From a virus (lineage: Duplodnaviria; Caudoviricetes): 56,166 nt of DNA. The stretch is taken from positions 1 through 56,166 of IMG/VR virus record IMGVR_UViG_3300027969_000125; one strand, 5' to 3'. This document shows positions 1 through 11,200 of the stretch, piece by piece. Each line of letters opens with the position of its first letter. Position 1 is the first letter of the stretch. A model generated the notes under the pieces. The model saw nothing but the letters and a program-made list of their open reading frames with translations. It did not search any database and had not been told where the DNA came from. Made by a program: the position numbers and the translations under genes.

Positions 1-131
1 ATGGTGTGTCTTTGATTAACACATCCCATCCCATCGTGAACGGCACGTTCAGCAACCAGTTGTCTACCGCCGCTAATCTGAGCCAGACTTCTCTGGAGCA
101 GATGCTGATTCAGATCCGCCAAGCTGTGGAT
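1..131. repeat. Terminal overlap, copy 1 (circular assembly)
   Basis: 6-131 is identical to 56041-56166; one T/C mismatch at position 5 versus 56040. Confidence 0.95.
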
Positions 132-494
132 AACAACGGCAAGAAGATTCGTCTGGTGCCCCGCCAATTGGTGGTGGCCCCCGGTAACGTCTTCCAAGCC
201 GAAGTTCTGTTGAAGAGCGTCCTGCGTTCTGGTACAGCAAACAACGACCTGAACCCTGTCAAGTCTATTGGCTTGCTGGACGAAGGCGCTGCTGTTATCA
301 GCCGCTTGACAAGCGCTACCGCGTTCTTTGTGCAGACTGATGCTCCTGAAGGCATGAAGCTCATGATGCGTCGTAAGCTCGAAAAAACCATGGAAGGTGA
401 TTTTGAGACCGACTCTATGCGCTACAAGGCAACAGAGCGTTACATCCCCGGATTCACTGATCCGCGTGCAATGTACGGTACACCCGGCGTGTAA
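1..494 (+). CDS. Major capsid protein, C-terminal part (continues from 55615-56166 across the circular junction)
   Basis: In frame with the ORF starting at 55615 via the terminal overlap; LVVAP...N..NPV...FETDSMRYKATERY resembles Mu gpT-like HK97-fold capsid proteins; followed by a terminator. Confidence 0.88.
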   Translation, partial: GVSLINTSHPIVNGTFSNQLSTAANLSQTSLEQMLIQIRQAVDNNGKKIRLVPRQLVVAPGNVFQAEVLLKSVLRSGTANNDLNPVKSIGLLDEGAAVISRLTSATAFFVQTDAPEGMKLMMRRKLEKTMEGDFETDSMRYKATERYIPGFTDPRAMYGTPGV

Positions 495-500
495 AGTACC

Positions 501-537
501 AAGGGCTGGTGTAAAAAGCCAGCCCTTTTTGTTTTTT
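501..537 (+). terminator. Rho-independent terminator after the capsid gene
   Basis: AAGGGCTGG-loop-CCAGCCCTT followed by a T-rich tract. Confidence 0.8.
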
Positions 538-566
538 AACTCGTCAAACTTTTCAAGGAGAAGACG

Positions 567-1529
567 ATGCCTCAATATTCTGATGATCTATTCTTAGGCC
601 CGGCCCAAACTTACATGGGCACGGGTCTGCGCCCCTACACCTCAACCTTTACTGGCTCAATTGCAACAACCACGCTGACCGTCACCGCAATGTTGACTGG
701 CTCACCAATCGTGCTTGGTATGTACATTGACGGCGCTAGTGTGACCGACGGTAGCTACATTACCGCATTTGGCACTGGTACTGGTGGCACAGGTACTTAC
801 ACAGTAAGCGCCTCGTCTACCGCATCCAGCACCACAATTACTGCGCACACGAATGTGCCGCTTGACAACCCTTCTCCCATGGACTTGGGTGTTGGCCCAT
901 TAGGTCGCATCTACGTTTGGGACATCGTTCCTCAAGCCGCTGTGACCAACAACATTGCCGCATCGCAAACTGCCGCCGCCGCTGGTGCTGTCACTTTGAC
1001 CGCTGGTACTTCGGTTAAGTCTGTTGTTCGCAATGATGGCGTTACCGTGTTGCAACTTGACTGCCCTCGCGCTGTCAAGGTGAACTGCTCAACAACTGCT
1101 CGTGCTTTCACTGTCAGTGGTTACGACTACTACGGACAGGCAATGAGTGAAGTTATCACCGTGGCAATTGCCGCTACTGCCGTGACTGGTTTGAAGGCGT
1201 TCTACCAAATCACTGGCGTGACGATTGCTGGCTCTGCAACTGCTGTTGTGGTTGGCACAAGCGATGTTCTGGGTCTGCCGGTTCGCGTGTTCAATTTTTC
1301 CTACATTGCAAGCGTCAAGAGCAATAACACACTTGCGCAAGACACTGGAACTTTTGTAGCCGCCGCAACTCAGACTGCAACCACCACCACTGGCGACGTT
1401 CGTGGTACATACACCCCAGCAACTGCATCGGACGGTATCGTTCGTACAACGATGGGAATTTTGTTGCCAGCCATTGCTGTCGGCCCTAACGCTACCCGCG
1501 TTGGCGCTCTCGGTGTAACTCAAGCCTAA
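567..1529 (+). CDS. Virion structural protein (head decoration/fibre-like, Thr/Ala/Gly-rich)
   Basis: 320-aa ORF with AAGGAG RBS directly after the capsid gene; beta-rich composition. Confidence 0.55.
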   Translation: MPQYSDDLFLGPAQTYMGTGLRPYTSTFTGSIATTTLTVTAMLTGSPIVLGMYIDGASVTDGSYITAFGTGTGGTGTYTVSASSTASSTTITAHTNVPLDNPSPMDLGVGPLGRIYVWDIVPQAAVTNNIAASQTAAAAGAVTLTAGTSVKSVVRNDGVTVLQLDCPRAVKVNCSTTARAFTVSGYDYYGQAMSEVITVAIAATAVTGLKAFYQITGVTIAGSATAVVVGTSDVLGLPVRVFNFSYIASVKSNNTLAQDTGTFVAAATQTATTTTGDVRGTYTPATASDGIVRTTMGILLPAIAVGPNATRVGALGVTQA

Positions 1530-1540
1530 AGGAGAGCGAC

Positions 1541-2452
1541 ATGGGACAATTTAAACCGATGGTGAAGATGGAGACCACTGAGCCTTCAGTCGAACTGAAG
1601 CTCAAAAAAGGCGGCATGGTGAAGAAGGCTGATGGCGGGATGATGGCCCCTCCTGCCGCTATGCCTCCTGCAATGCCCCCTGCAATGCCTGCTCGTGGCG
1701 GCCCAATGGGTGCGAAAGCTCCCTTGGCCCCCTCGTTGGCCGCTCGTCGCCGCGCTATGAAGATGATGGGTTCTGGCCCAGCGGCTCCTATTGGCATGGC
1801 AGCAAGTCGCATGAAAGAAGGCGGCAAGGCTGACATGGGCCAAGACAAGGCCATGATCAAGAAGGCGTTCAAGCAGCACGATATGCAAGAGCATAAGGGC
1901 GGCAAGGGCACCAATCTGAAGCTGAAAAAAGGCGGCAAGATGGCTACTGGCGGCGTTGTAAACGGCCAAGGTGGTTTTGCAACTGGCGGTGTAGTTGAAG
2001 GCCAAGGCGGATATGCAACGGGTGGCGTTGCTAAGTCAAATGGCGGCGGCTACAAAAAAGGCGGTGAAGCAAAAAAGCATTTCGCCACGGGGGGCAGTGT
2101 TAATAGCACTGGTTCTGCCGTGGCAATGCCACAAGGCCGTAAACCCGCCTCCAAGCCTGTAGCCATCAATGAACTTGCTGGAACCTACAAGCGTGGTGGC
2201 CGGGTTGCCAGCAAGATGAAGCTCAAAGATGGTGGTGATGTAGACCTGTCAAAAGGTGCCTACGATGACACACTCAATGAGCCTCCGATGGGTATGGGGT
2301 TTGCGAAGAAGGCGCATAGTTTCATGGACAGCCTGTTTGCAGGCAAGAAGGAAGCTGGTGCTGGCCGTGGTTTTGTGAACCCAAAAAGCGTAACCAAGTC
2401 GAAAGAGTCGGTTACTGTTGCGCCAATGAAAAAAGGCGGACGCGCCTGTTGA
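1541..2452 (+). CDS. Basic Lys/Gly/Met-rich protein with about 11 hydrophobic-[AK]-x-GG motifs; putative internal head protein
   Basis: AAGGAG RBS; LKKGG, MKEGG, MATGG, FATGG, YATGG, YKKGG, YKRGG, LKDGG, MKKGG; located in the head module. Confidence 0.6.
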   Translation: MGQFKPMVKMETTEPSVELKLKKGGMVKKADGGMMAPPAAMPPAMPPAMPARGGPMGAKAPLAPSLAARRRAMKMMGSGPAAPIGMAASRMKEGGKADMGQDKAMIKKAFKQHDMQEHKGGKGTNLKLKKGGKMATGGVVNGQGGFATGGVVEGQGGYATGGVAKSNGGGYKKGGEAKKHFATGGSVNSTGSAVAMPQGRKPASKPVAINELAGTYKRGGRVASKMKLKDGGDVDLSKGAYDDTLNEPPMGMGFAKKAHSFMDSLFAGKKEAGAGRGFVNPKSVTKSKESVTVAPMKKGGRAC

Positions 2453-2458
2453 AAACAA

Positions 2459-2484
2459 GTGGGGGCTTCGGCCCCTGCTTTCTT
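2459..2484 (+). terminator. Hairpin / probable terminator
   Basis: GGGGC-TTCG-GCCCC followed by TGCTTTCTTT. Confidence 0.6.
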
Positions 2485-2495
2485 TGGAGATTTTT

Positions 2496-2912
2496 ATGGC
2501 TGATGCAGTTGGAAGCCAAACGCTCTTTGATGGTGAGCGTAAGGCAATTATGAAATTCACAAACACCAGCGATGGCACTGGTGAGACCAACGTCGTCAAA
2601 GTCAACCCTGCGACGCTGTCTTCATCCAATGCTGGTGGCGCTTGCGATCGCGTGACGATCACAAAAATCACCGCTTTAACTCACGGCATGGAAGTGCAGT
2701 TGAAGTGGAAGGCAAGCACGCCTGTGGTCATCGAAACGATCCCCCAGAACAATTCATACCAGCAAGACTTTGAAAATATTGGTGGCCTGACCAACAACGC
2801 CGGTACTGGTGTTGACGGCGCAATCACGTTCACCACGCTTGATGCAAGCGCTGGCGACACCTACACGGTGGTGCTGGAGATGGTCAAACACTATGTAAAT
2901 CCGTTAGGTTGA
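2496..2912 (+). CDS. Hypothetical virion-module protein
   Basis: GGAG RBS before the ATG at 2496; lies in the structural operon. Confidence 0.6.
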   Translation: MADAVGSQTLFDGERKAIMKFTNTSDGTGETNVVKVNPATLSSSNAGGACDRVTITKITALTHGMEVQLKWKASTPVVIETIPQNNSYQQDFENIGGLTNNAGTGVDGAITFTTLDASAGDTYTVVLEMVKHYVNPLG

Positions 2913-3193
2913 TCATGCCAAGCAAGTCACCTGCTCAACATCGTTTGATGGAGGCGGTAGCGCACAATCCTGCGTTCGCCAAGAAGGTCGGCATCCCCGC
3001 AAAAGTCGGCAAAGAATTTGCCAATGCTGACGAGGGTAAAAAATTTAAAGGGGGTGGTCTGTATGCCAACATCAATGCAAAACGTGAGCGGATTGCCGAA
3101 GGCTCTGGCGAAAAGATGCGCCGAGTTGGCAGCAAAGGTGCGCCAACTGCTCAAGACTTCAAGCAGTCTGCAAAGACCGCCAAAGTAAAATGA
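2909..3193 (+). CDS. Small basic protein; two halves joined by FKGGG
   Basis: 94-aa Lys-rich ORF, translationally coupled to neighbours. Confidence 0.6.
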   Translation: MIMPSKSPAQHRLMEAVAHNPAFAKKVGIPAKVGKEFANADEGKKFKGGGLYANINAKRERIAEGSGEKMRRVGSKGAPTAQDFKQSAKTAKVK

Positions 3194-3441
3194 GCAAGAA
3201 GAATGTAAGCCTTGCCGTTGGTCGCGGAGAAAAATTGTCCGTTGACCGTGGTGCAGGGCTTACGCAAAAAGGCCGAGAGAAATACAATAGAGAGACCGGA
3301 TCTCACCTTAAAGCGCCACAGCCAAAGGGTGGCTCAAGACGCGATTCATTCTGCGCCCGAATGGGGCCAGTAGCTGAGAAAAGCGAAAAGGGAAGCCGTT
3401 CAAGGGCTTCAATGCAGCGATGGAATTGTCCCGGTTGGTAA
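3190..3441 (+). CDS. Small basic conserved phage protein (DUF6321-like)
   Basis: GAGLTQKGREKYNRETGSHLKAP...SFCARM...RWNC pattern; ATGA overlap with upstream gene. Confidence 0.55.
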   Translation: MSKKNVSLAVGRGEKLSVDRGAGLTQKGREKYNRETGSHLKAPQPKGGSRRDSFCARMGPVAEKSEKGSRSRASMQRWNCPGW

Positions 3442-3451
3442 AGGAAAACAC

Positions 3452-4513
3452 ATGGCCTACTCTGGAACGGTTGGGACAACGGTAATCACAGTCCAAACCC
3501 TGATTGACCACGGCGCTCGTCGGTGCGGCAAGCTGGCCGAGGAGTTGACTTCCGAGCAGGTTCTGTCGGCCCGTGAGTCGCTGTTCTTCCTGCTGTCCAA
3601 CCTGATCAACATTGGCATCCAATATTGGGCCATCGACAAGAAGGTTTACGGCTTCTCTCCTGACCGAGCAACATACCTGCTGCCTGTTGGCGGCAATGAC
3701 GTTCTAAACGCCTTGTATCGCTGGATGGAGCGCCCAAGCGGCGCGTATACGTCTTCTGCTGGCGGCACCTTGGGTAACGTCTATGACGGTGATGTGGACA
3801 CGATATGCACCCAGACATCGGCAAATGGCAACATTGCGGTCAATTACGGCCCATCAAATCCCATTTTCATAGGATCAATTGGCTTTCTTCCTGCGGCATC
3901 GGGCACTTGGTCGATCATTTACGAATACTCTCAGGACAACACCACTTGGAAGACGCTGGTTGACCTTGGCACAATCACGGTGACCAACAATGAATGGGTT
4001 TGGACGGACATTGATAACGGCCAGACTGTGCCGTACTACCGCATTCGAGCCTACAACGGCACCACATTGAGCTTGCGTGAGTGGTACTTGGGCAATAACT
4101 CCACCGAGATCACCATGTCGCGCTTAAACCGCGACGACTACACCAACCTGCCCAACAAGAACTTCACAGCCAACCAGCCGTTCCAGTTTTGGTTCAACCG
4201 CACGATCCCTCAAAGCGAGATTGTGCTGTGGCCGACGCCTCAAAACGCTTTTTACCAGATGACCATTTGGTACTCGCGTCAGATCATGGACGTTGGTGAC
4301 CTGTATGGCGAGTTAGAGGTGCCACAGCGCTGGTACATGGCCGTGGTGAGTATGCTGGCCCACCAAATGGGGCTGGAATTGCCCGGTGTGGACTTGAACC
4401 GCGTTGTTTATCTTGAGGCGCAAGCTGCCAAGTACCTATCGCAAGCCGAAGAGGAAGAGCGCGACAAGTCTCCAATCTACTTTGCGCCAAATATCAGCGT
4501 TTACACGAGGTAA
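3452..4513 (+). CDS. Head-tail adaptor / connector-like protein with an inserted beta-sandwich domain
   Basis: Helical N-terminus (ARESLFFLLSNLIN) and C-terminus (LWPTP...VPQRWYMAVVSMLAH) typical of adaptors; central discoidin-like segment. Confidence 0.55.
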   Translation: MAYSGTVGTTVITVQTLIDHGARRCGKLAEELTSEQVLSARESLFFLLSNLINIGIQYWAIDKKVYGFSPDRATYLLPVGGNDVLNALYRWMERPSGAYTSSAGGTLGNVYDGDVDTICTQTSANGNIAVNYGPSNPIFIGSIGFLPAASGTWSIIYEYSQDNTTWKTLVDLGTITVTNNEWVWTDIDNGQTVPYYRIRAYNGTTLSLREWYLGNNSTEITMSRLNRDDYTNLPNKNFTANQPFQFWFNRTIPQSEIVLWPTPQNAFYQMTIWYSRQIMDVGDLYGELEVPQRWYMAVVSMLAHQMGLELPGVDLNRVVYLEAQAAKYLSQAEEEERDKSPIYFAPNISVYTR

Positions 4514-4515
4514 TC

Positions 4516-4884
4516 ATGCCAGTCTTTCTGGACACCCTCGGTTATTCAGACATTGCAATCGCAATTTGCGACCGTTGCAAGATGAAGCGCCCCCATGCGG
4601 TTATGAGGAACGACCCAAACTTCCCCGGCCTGCGGGTGTGCAATGAAGGATGCGCTGACCAGCTTGATCCCTATAGGCTTGCCGCCCGCAAGACCGAGCG
4701 CATCACAATCCGCTTTCCTCGGCCAGACCTGCCGATAGCGGCAAATGACAACTACCTGATGACGGGAAGTCAAAACCTTGATGGTTCAAGCCAGTTCCAA
4801 ATCTCCACCGAGGGCAACACCCAGACGCCTCAAAACAATGGGAATTTGGATACCATAGCCCCCAACCCACCAACGAGTACATAA
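4516..4884 (+). CDS. Conserved phage protein with CxxC motifs
   Basis: ICDRC...RVCNEGC; GAGG RBS. Confidence 0.55.
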   Translation: MPVFLDTLGYSDIAIAICDRCKMKRPHAVMRNDPNFPGLRVCNEGCADQLDPYRLAARKTERITIRFPRPDLPIAANDNYLMTGSQNLDGSSQFQISTEGNTQTPQNNGNLDTIAPNPPTST

Positions 4885-7244
4885 TGTCCGCACAAGTTGT
4901 TATTACCCAATTGCCTGCCGCTGGTGCTATTACTGGTACTGAGGCCGTCCCCATCGTCCAGAACGGGGTAACGGTACGAACCACCACGGCTGCGATCGCG
5001 GCCTCTCCAAGCCAAACTCAAACCTTCCTGACCATCAATCAAGAGCCAACCCTGCCAAACAGCAGGTACTTCTCCACCGGCACTGGTTTGGGCCTTACTG
5101 ATGGCGGCGCACAGTCCTTCTACCGATTAAGCCTCAATGGCGCTTCTGGCAGCTTGGAAACAGCCTCCACTGGCCTGATTGTGAAGACCTCTGGTTCAAC
5201 GGTCGTTGCACGCTCGATAGTTGTTTCTGGCAATGGATTGAGTGTTTCTAATGCAAATGGCGTTAGTGGAAACCCTACATTGGCTTTGTCTGGTCTGGCG
5301 CAATCCATTGCTGACCTGAGCGGCACGGGAATGCTTGCGCTTAACTCTACGGGCACTGCCGTTGCTGGGCGCAACATTATTGGCACATCGGATCAGATTT
5401 CTGTTGCAGACGGCAACGGAGCTTTAGCCAACCCAACGATTGCAATTGCTGACAACCCAATACTTCCCGGAACTGGTGCAGTTACCGTTCCTGTTGGAAC
5501 CAACGCACAGCAGCCTCTTGGATCAAACGGACAAATCCGATACAACGTGGATTTGTTGGCCTACGAGGGGTACAACAACGGATCTTGGACAGTTTTTAGT
5601 ACGATTGGTGGTGGCGTTGTCAATAGTTTCAGCGCGGGATCAACTGGTTTTACTCCCTCTATTCCAACAAGTGGGCCAATTGTATTGGGTGGAGTTCTAA
5701 ATGCCTCAAACGGAGGCACTGGCGCAGCAACATTGACGGGCTATGTGTACGGCAACGGCACTGGCGTGATGACTGCGGCCACCACAATCCCCAATGCTGG
5801 CCTGACCAACAGCGCAATCACCATCAACGGCTCATCGGTGAGTTTGGGTGGTTCAGTCACCGTGACGGCCACAGCCTCCAACGCTTTGACCATTGGCACT
5901 GGGCTGTCTGGCACAAGCTACAACGGGTCTGCTGCGGTGACCATTGCCATAGACAGCACCGTGGCAACGCTGACGGGTAGCCAGACGCTGACCAACAAGA
6001 CCATCAGCGGGGCAAATAACACGCTTTCCAACATAGCCAATGCCTCACTGACCAATAGCTCTTTGACCGTAGGAACAACCGCCATATCGCTTGGCGGCTC
6101 ATCTTTGACTCTTGGCGGACTGACTTCGGTGGCCGTTACCCAAGACCCCGTATCGGCGTTGCAGCTTGCCACCAAACAGTATGTGGACGCAGTAGCCCAG
6201 AGTCTAAATGTCCATGCATCTTGTAGTGCTGCCACTCCAGCAACCCTTGCCTCAATCACTGGCGGCACGGTAACTTACAACAATGGCGCTTCAGGGGTCG
6301 GGGCAACCCTTACCCTGTCGGTTGCTTTGACCGTCTTGGATGGTTACACGCTGGTCAATGGCGACCGTTTGCTCATCAAGAACGAAGTTACGTCTGCCAA
6401 CAACGGCATCTACACATGGGCCACTGGCGGCACGGTTCTTACCCGCGCTACTGACTTTGACACCAATGTTGAGATTGCCAGCGGCGACTTTACGTTTGTC
6501 ACCAGCGGTACGCTCTACGCCAACACAGGCTGGGTGCAGACCCTACCAGTGACCACGGTTGGCACAAGTCCAATCTCTTGGACGCAGTTCTCTGGCGCGG
6601 GAACCTACACGGCGGGCACAGGATTAACCCTTACTGGCACGCAGTTCAGCATAACCAATACAGCGGTTACCGCTGGCGCATATGGTTCGGCCACGGCGGT
6701 GGGAACCTTTACGGTCAATGCACAGGGCCAGCTTACCTTGGCAGGCAACACCACGATTACGCCAGCGGTAGGCTCTATCACTGGTCTAGGTACTGGGGTT
6801 GCAACTGCTTTAGCTATTGCGGTAGGCACCGCAGGATCTGTATTGGTCAATGGCGGCGTTCTGGGTACTCCAAGCAGTGGCACGGTCACCAACCTGACTG
6901 GCACGGCTTCAATCAACATCAATGGCACGGTCGGCGCTACTACGGCCAGCACAGGCGCATTTACCACGGTATCGGCCACTGGTGTTATTACCTCAACCTT
7001 GGCAACTGGTACGGCACCATTTACTGTGGCCTCCACTACGCAGGTAGCCAACCTGAATGCGGCGACTGCTGGTACTGCAACAAACGCCACCAACGTGGCT
7101 CTTACGGCGGGCACTGGGGCAACAAATTATCTTCATTTTTCTGCCAGTGCCACAGGCAATCAACCCACTACAACAAACACCTTATTGACCTACAATTACA
7201 CCAATAATGCCCTGACCGCAGGCGTTACTGGTGGCACTTTCTGA
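4884..7244 (+). CDS. Tail fibre / fibre-like structural protein
   Basis: 786 aa, Thr/Gly/Ser-rich; fibre-type motifs ITQLPAA, QTLTNKTI, ATKQYVD, GDRLLIKNE...NGIY. Confidence 0.75.
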   Translation: MSAQVVITQLPAAGAITGTEAVPIVQNGVTVRTTTAAIAASPSQTQTFLTINQEPTLPNSRYFSTGTGLGLTDGGAQSFYRLSLNGASGSLETASTGLIVKTSGSTVVARSIVVSGNGLSVSNANGVSGNPTLALSGLAQSIADLSGTGMLALNSTGTAVAGRNIIGTSDQISVADGNGALANPTIAIADNPILPGTGAVTVPVGTNAQQPLGSNGQIRYNVDLLAYEGYNNGSWTVFSTIGGGVVNSFSAGSTGFTPSIPTSGPIVLGGVLNASNGGTGAATLTGYVYGNGTGVMTAATTIPNAGLTNSAITINGSSVSLGGSVTVTATASNALTIGTGLSGTSYNGSAAVTIAIDSTVATLTGSQTLTNKTISGANNTLSNIANASLTNSSLTVGTTAISLGGSSLTLGGLTSVAVTQDPVSALQLATKQYVDAVAQSLNVHASCSAATPATLASITGGTVTYNNGASGVGATLTLSVALTVLDGYTLVNGDRLLIKNEVTSANNGIYTWATGGTVLTRATDFDTNVEIASGDFTFVTSGTLYANTGWVQTLPVTTVGTSPISWTQFSGAGTYTAGTGLTLTGTQFSITNTAVTAGAYGSATAVGTFTVNAQGQLTLAGNTTITPAVGSITGLGTGVATALAIAVGTAGSVLVNGGVLGTPSSGTVTNLTGTASININGTVGATTASTGAFTTVSATGVITSTLATGTAPFTVASTTQVANLNAATAGTATNATNVALTAGTGATNYLHFSASATGNQPTTTNTLLTYNYTNNALTAGVTGGTF

Positions 7245-7254
7245 GGAAGAAAAA

Positions 7255-8067
7255 ATGGCTGCAACTGGTTACACCCCCATATCGCTGTACTACAGCACCA
7301 CGGCTGCTACTGCTCCGCTTGCTGGCAATTTGGTCGCAGGCGAACTTGCCTTAAACACCCTAGACGAGAAGCTGTACTTCAAAAACAGTTCAGGCGTTGT
7401 AAAGCTGCTGGCATCCAATACTTCATCTTCCGCAACCGTCTCATCGGTGGCCCAGTCGTTCACTGGCGGCATTATTTCTGTTGGCGGCTCTCCAATCACC
7501 ACAAGCGGCACCTTGGCCCTGACCGTGGCCGGAACAAGCGGAGGTATTCCTTACTTTACCAGCGGAACGGCTTGGGCTACCTCTGCCGTATTGGCGGCTA
7601 GTGCGATCGTCTTGGGTGGTGGCGCTGGGGTTGCTCCTGCAACGACCACTACAGGCACTGGCGTTGTCACGGCCCTTGGCAACAACACAAACACAGCAAG
7701 CGGCTTTCCAACTGGCAGCGGGACTGCAACATTGACCAACAAACGCATTGATCCACGGACTTCTAGCTCCGCATCAACTGCCACACTGACGCCAGACATA
7801 TCATCCTTTGACCAGTACAACCTGACCGCTCAGGCGGTAGGATTGACGGTGGCAGCGCCCACAGGCACCCCAGTGGACGGCAACAGGCTGACGATCCGCA
7901 TCTTGGACAACGGCACTGCCCAGACCATCTCTTGGAACGCCACCTACACCGTCATTGGCGTAACGCTGCCCACCACCACTACCGCGAATAAAATGGTTTA
8001 CGTTGGCTGCATCTACAACAGCACAAACACTCGTTGGGATGTGGTCGCTGTAGCGACTCAAGCATAA
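7255..8067 (+). CDS. Tail fibre protein with Mtd-N-like attachment domain
   Basis: P..GNLVAGELALNTLDEKLYFK N-terminal motif; GAGGA RBS before the ATG at 7255. Confidence 0.65.
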   Translation: MAATGYTPISLYYSTTAATAPLAGNLVAGELALNTLDEKLYFKNSSGVVKLLASNTSSSATVSSVAQSFTGGIISVGGSPITTSGTLALTVAGTSGGIPYFTSGTAWATSAVLAASAIVLGGGAGVAPATTTTGTGVVTALGNNTNTASGFPTGSGTATLTNKRIDPRTSSSASTATLTPDISSFDQYNLTAQAVGLTVAAPTGTPVDGNRLTIRILDNGTAQTISWNATYTVIGVTLPTTTTANKMVYVGCIYNSTNTRWDVVAVATQA

Positions 8068-8077
8068 GGAGCATGAC

Positions 8078-8248
8078 ATGAAGATCGACTTTGAATTTGA
8101 AACCGCCCACGGCAAGTTTGCTGATGCCTTGCATCTACCGGATGACCACACGCTTACCGATGCTGAAATCCAAGCGATGAAGCAGCAACGTGTGGACAAC
8201 TGGATTGCCGTGGTAACTGCACCTCCCGCTGAAACTCCACAGGAGTAA
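8078..8248 (+). CDS. Small tail-associated protein (56 aa; not in the ORF track)
   Basis: AAGGAG RBS; MKIDFEFETAHGKFADALHLPDD...; fills the gap between fibre genes. Confidence 0.65.
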   Translation: MKIDFEFETAHGKFADALHLPDDHTLTDAEIQAMKQQRVDNWIAVVTAPPAETPQE

Positions 8249-8251
8249 AGC

Positions 8252-11200
8252 ATGGCTGCACGTTTTTGGGTTGGCGGTACAGGTACTTGGGACGCGACCA
8301 CTACGACAAACTGGTCTGCCACATCTGGTGGCGCTAGTGGTGCGTCTGTTCCCGGCGCTGCCGACGATGTAACTATTGACAGTAGTTTTACAGTAACCAC
8401 AAACTACAACGTATCTGTAATTTCGGTCACGATTAACGCTGCCACTGCAACATTGAGTCTTGGTGGAACGCTTACTTTGTCTGGTGCTATCACGTTAACC
8501 CAAGGAACCTTCACCACCAACAACTACAACGTCACTGCGACATCCCTGTCGTCCAGCAACAGCAACACCCGCACGATCAATCTGGGTAGCAGTACGGTGA
8601 CGTTGACTGCAAGCACAACAATAGTTTCTTTTACCACCAACACAAATTTAACTTTTAATGCAGGAACTTCCTCAATTATTGGTTCGGGCGGTGTTGTTTC
8701 GATTGATGGTGGGTCAAATTTGGGTATTGGTGTAACTTTTTACAACGTATCTTTTACAGGAACAGCCGCACAAACAAAACCCATTTCTGGTGCAAACACG
8801 TTTAACAATTTGACTGTGACTGCACCAGCATCGGCTGGCGTAACGCAAGTTACTTTTGACTCTCGCCAAACAATCAACGGCACACTGTCCACCACAGGCA
8901 CAGCAGGTAACCGCCGAGTATGGTTCCGTGGAGTCACATACGGCATTGCCCAAACCCTCACCATCAACAGCGCACCAAGCCTGACTGATGCAGACTTCCG
9001 CGACATCTACGTCATTGGCACTTCTGCGCCTATCTCTGGCACACGCATCGGCAACTTGGCTGGTTGCTCCGGAATTACTTTTGATGCAGCCAAGACGGTG
9101 TATTGGAACCTTGCTGGGGCGCAAAACTGGTCTGCAACAGGCTGGGCAACCACATCAACAGGTACGCCATCAACAGACAACTTTCCATTAGCGCAAGACA
9201 CTGCAACATTCACCAATGCTGGCTCGGTGACTGGCACGATCACAATGAATGCCTCCATCCCCTATACGGGCACGGTAGATATGTCTGGTCGCACTAGCGC
9301 AATGACGTTGGCTACAACCGCATTCACTATTTATGGTAATTGGACAAATGGTTCTGGTACAACTCTATCTGGCACAGCCGCACTTACTTACTCAGGTCGC
9401 AATACGCAAACAATTACCAGTGCTGCAAAAACATTTACACAGGCGCTAACTGTTGATTCTTATGGCGGCACAGTTCAACTTGCTGATGCACTAAACATTG
9501 GCACAACTACGTTGACCGTCACCAACGGCACGTTTGACACTAAAAATTTCAATGTTACCGCTCTTGGTATTCAAGCCTCTAGTTCTACAGTTGCGGCAAT
9601 TAGCCTTGGGTCAAGCACATTAACTTTTAGCGGTTCTACTCCAATCAATTTTGTAAACCCAATTTTAACTTTTAATTCTGGAACATCTCAAATAAATATA
9701 TCTGCGGTGGCTTCTATTATTGGGAACGGAGCTACTTTTTATAACGCAACATTTACAGGGACAACAGCCGGGACATGCGATATAACTGGGGCTAATGTTT
9801 TTAATAATTTAACCTTTACAGCCCCCGCCTCTGCTGGTTTTATTGGCTGTAGATTCGGGGCGAACCAAACCATCACCGGAACCCTCACCGTTGCTGGAGC
9901 CACAGCAGTACGCCGCATTTTTGTCCGCTCTAGCGTTATAGGAACTGCCCGCACTCTAACTGTTGGCACTCTCTCCGCTACCGACTGCGACTTCCGCGAC
10001 ATCACGCTTGCTGGTGCTGCGGCAGGATCATCGCCAACAAGGGCGGGGGACTGCGGTGGCAACACAAGCATCACGTTCCCTGTTGCTAAGACGGTGTACT
10101 GGAACCTTGCTGGCGCTCAGAACTGGAGCGCTACGGGTTGGTGTCCTGCTTCTGGTGGAACGCCTGACATCAATCAGTTTCCGTTAGCGCAAGACACTGC
10201 GGTGTTTGACAACACGGGTAGTGTGACAGGAACAATCACAATTGACGCCGCGTGGAACATCGGTACGTTTAACGCTTCTGCACGAACAAGTGCAATGACG
10301 TTGACAACTAGCACCAATACGCCATCTGTTTATGGTAATTGGTTGTTTGGTACAGGCGTTACATCCTCAAGTACAACGGGAACTATTACATTTGGTGGAC
10401 GTAGCACTCAAACCATTACGAGTAATGCAATAACTTTTGGATGCCCAATAACAATTGACTCCGTAACAGGCACTGTACAACTTGCTGATGCTCTAACGGT
10501 TGGCGCTACACGAACCCTGACCCTGACCAGCGGCACGTTTGATGCTGTGACGTACAACGTGACTACGGGTTTATTTTCTGCAAATGCAACTTCCGCAACC
10601 TTAAAGATGGGTAGTGGCACATGGACACTATCTGGAGTAGGAACTGTTTGGACAGCCAGCGCAACTTTGGCCTTTTATAAAGGCACAGCTAATATTGTTC
10701 TTTCTGACACTAGCACTTCAGCACGAACTTTTAATGCTAACGGGCTTTCCTATAACAAACTTACGATTGGCGGGGCAACTGGCATATCAACACTAGATAT
10801 TTCAGGTGGCGGTCAATTCACAGAACTTGCGTCTACTAAAACTGTTGCCCACACAATTTCATTCTTTGCTACATCAGTAACCTATGGCGCGTGGACAGTT
10901 ACCGGCACGGTAGGCAACGTAGTCACAGTTACGGGAGCGGCAACATTTACGATTGCTGGTGCGCGGGTATCCGGCGTAGACTACCTTGCTCTTGGCACCG
11001 CAGCTATGTCAGGTACGTCCCCCGGCGAGTTTTATGCTGGCGCTAACTCTACCGGTGGCACGGGATTTATCCTTACCGCTGCTCCTACCGCTACAACGCG
11101 CTACTGGCGTGGTGGCACAGGCACATGGGACGCAACGACCACAACCAACTGGGCAACAACCTCTGGTGGTGCTGGCCCTGCATCGGTTCCTACATCTGCG

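Noticed and set aside
1-131. Terminal direct repeat as a biological genome end
   Set aside because: It splits the capsid gene and its length is typical of an assembler overlap. The single mismatch is a synonymous GGT/GGC difference at the contig edge.
7231-7257. Programmed frameshift fusing the two fibre genes
   Set aside because: The downstream gene has its own RBS and ATG at 7255, and there is no convincing slippery sequence.
7255-8067. Diversity-generating retroelement suggested by the Mtd-like N-terminus
   Set aside because: No reverse transcriptase, and no template/variable repeat pair differing at adenines was seen.
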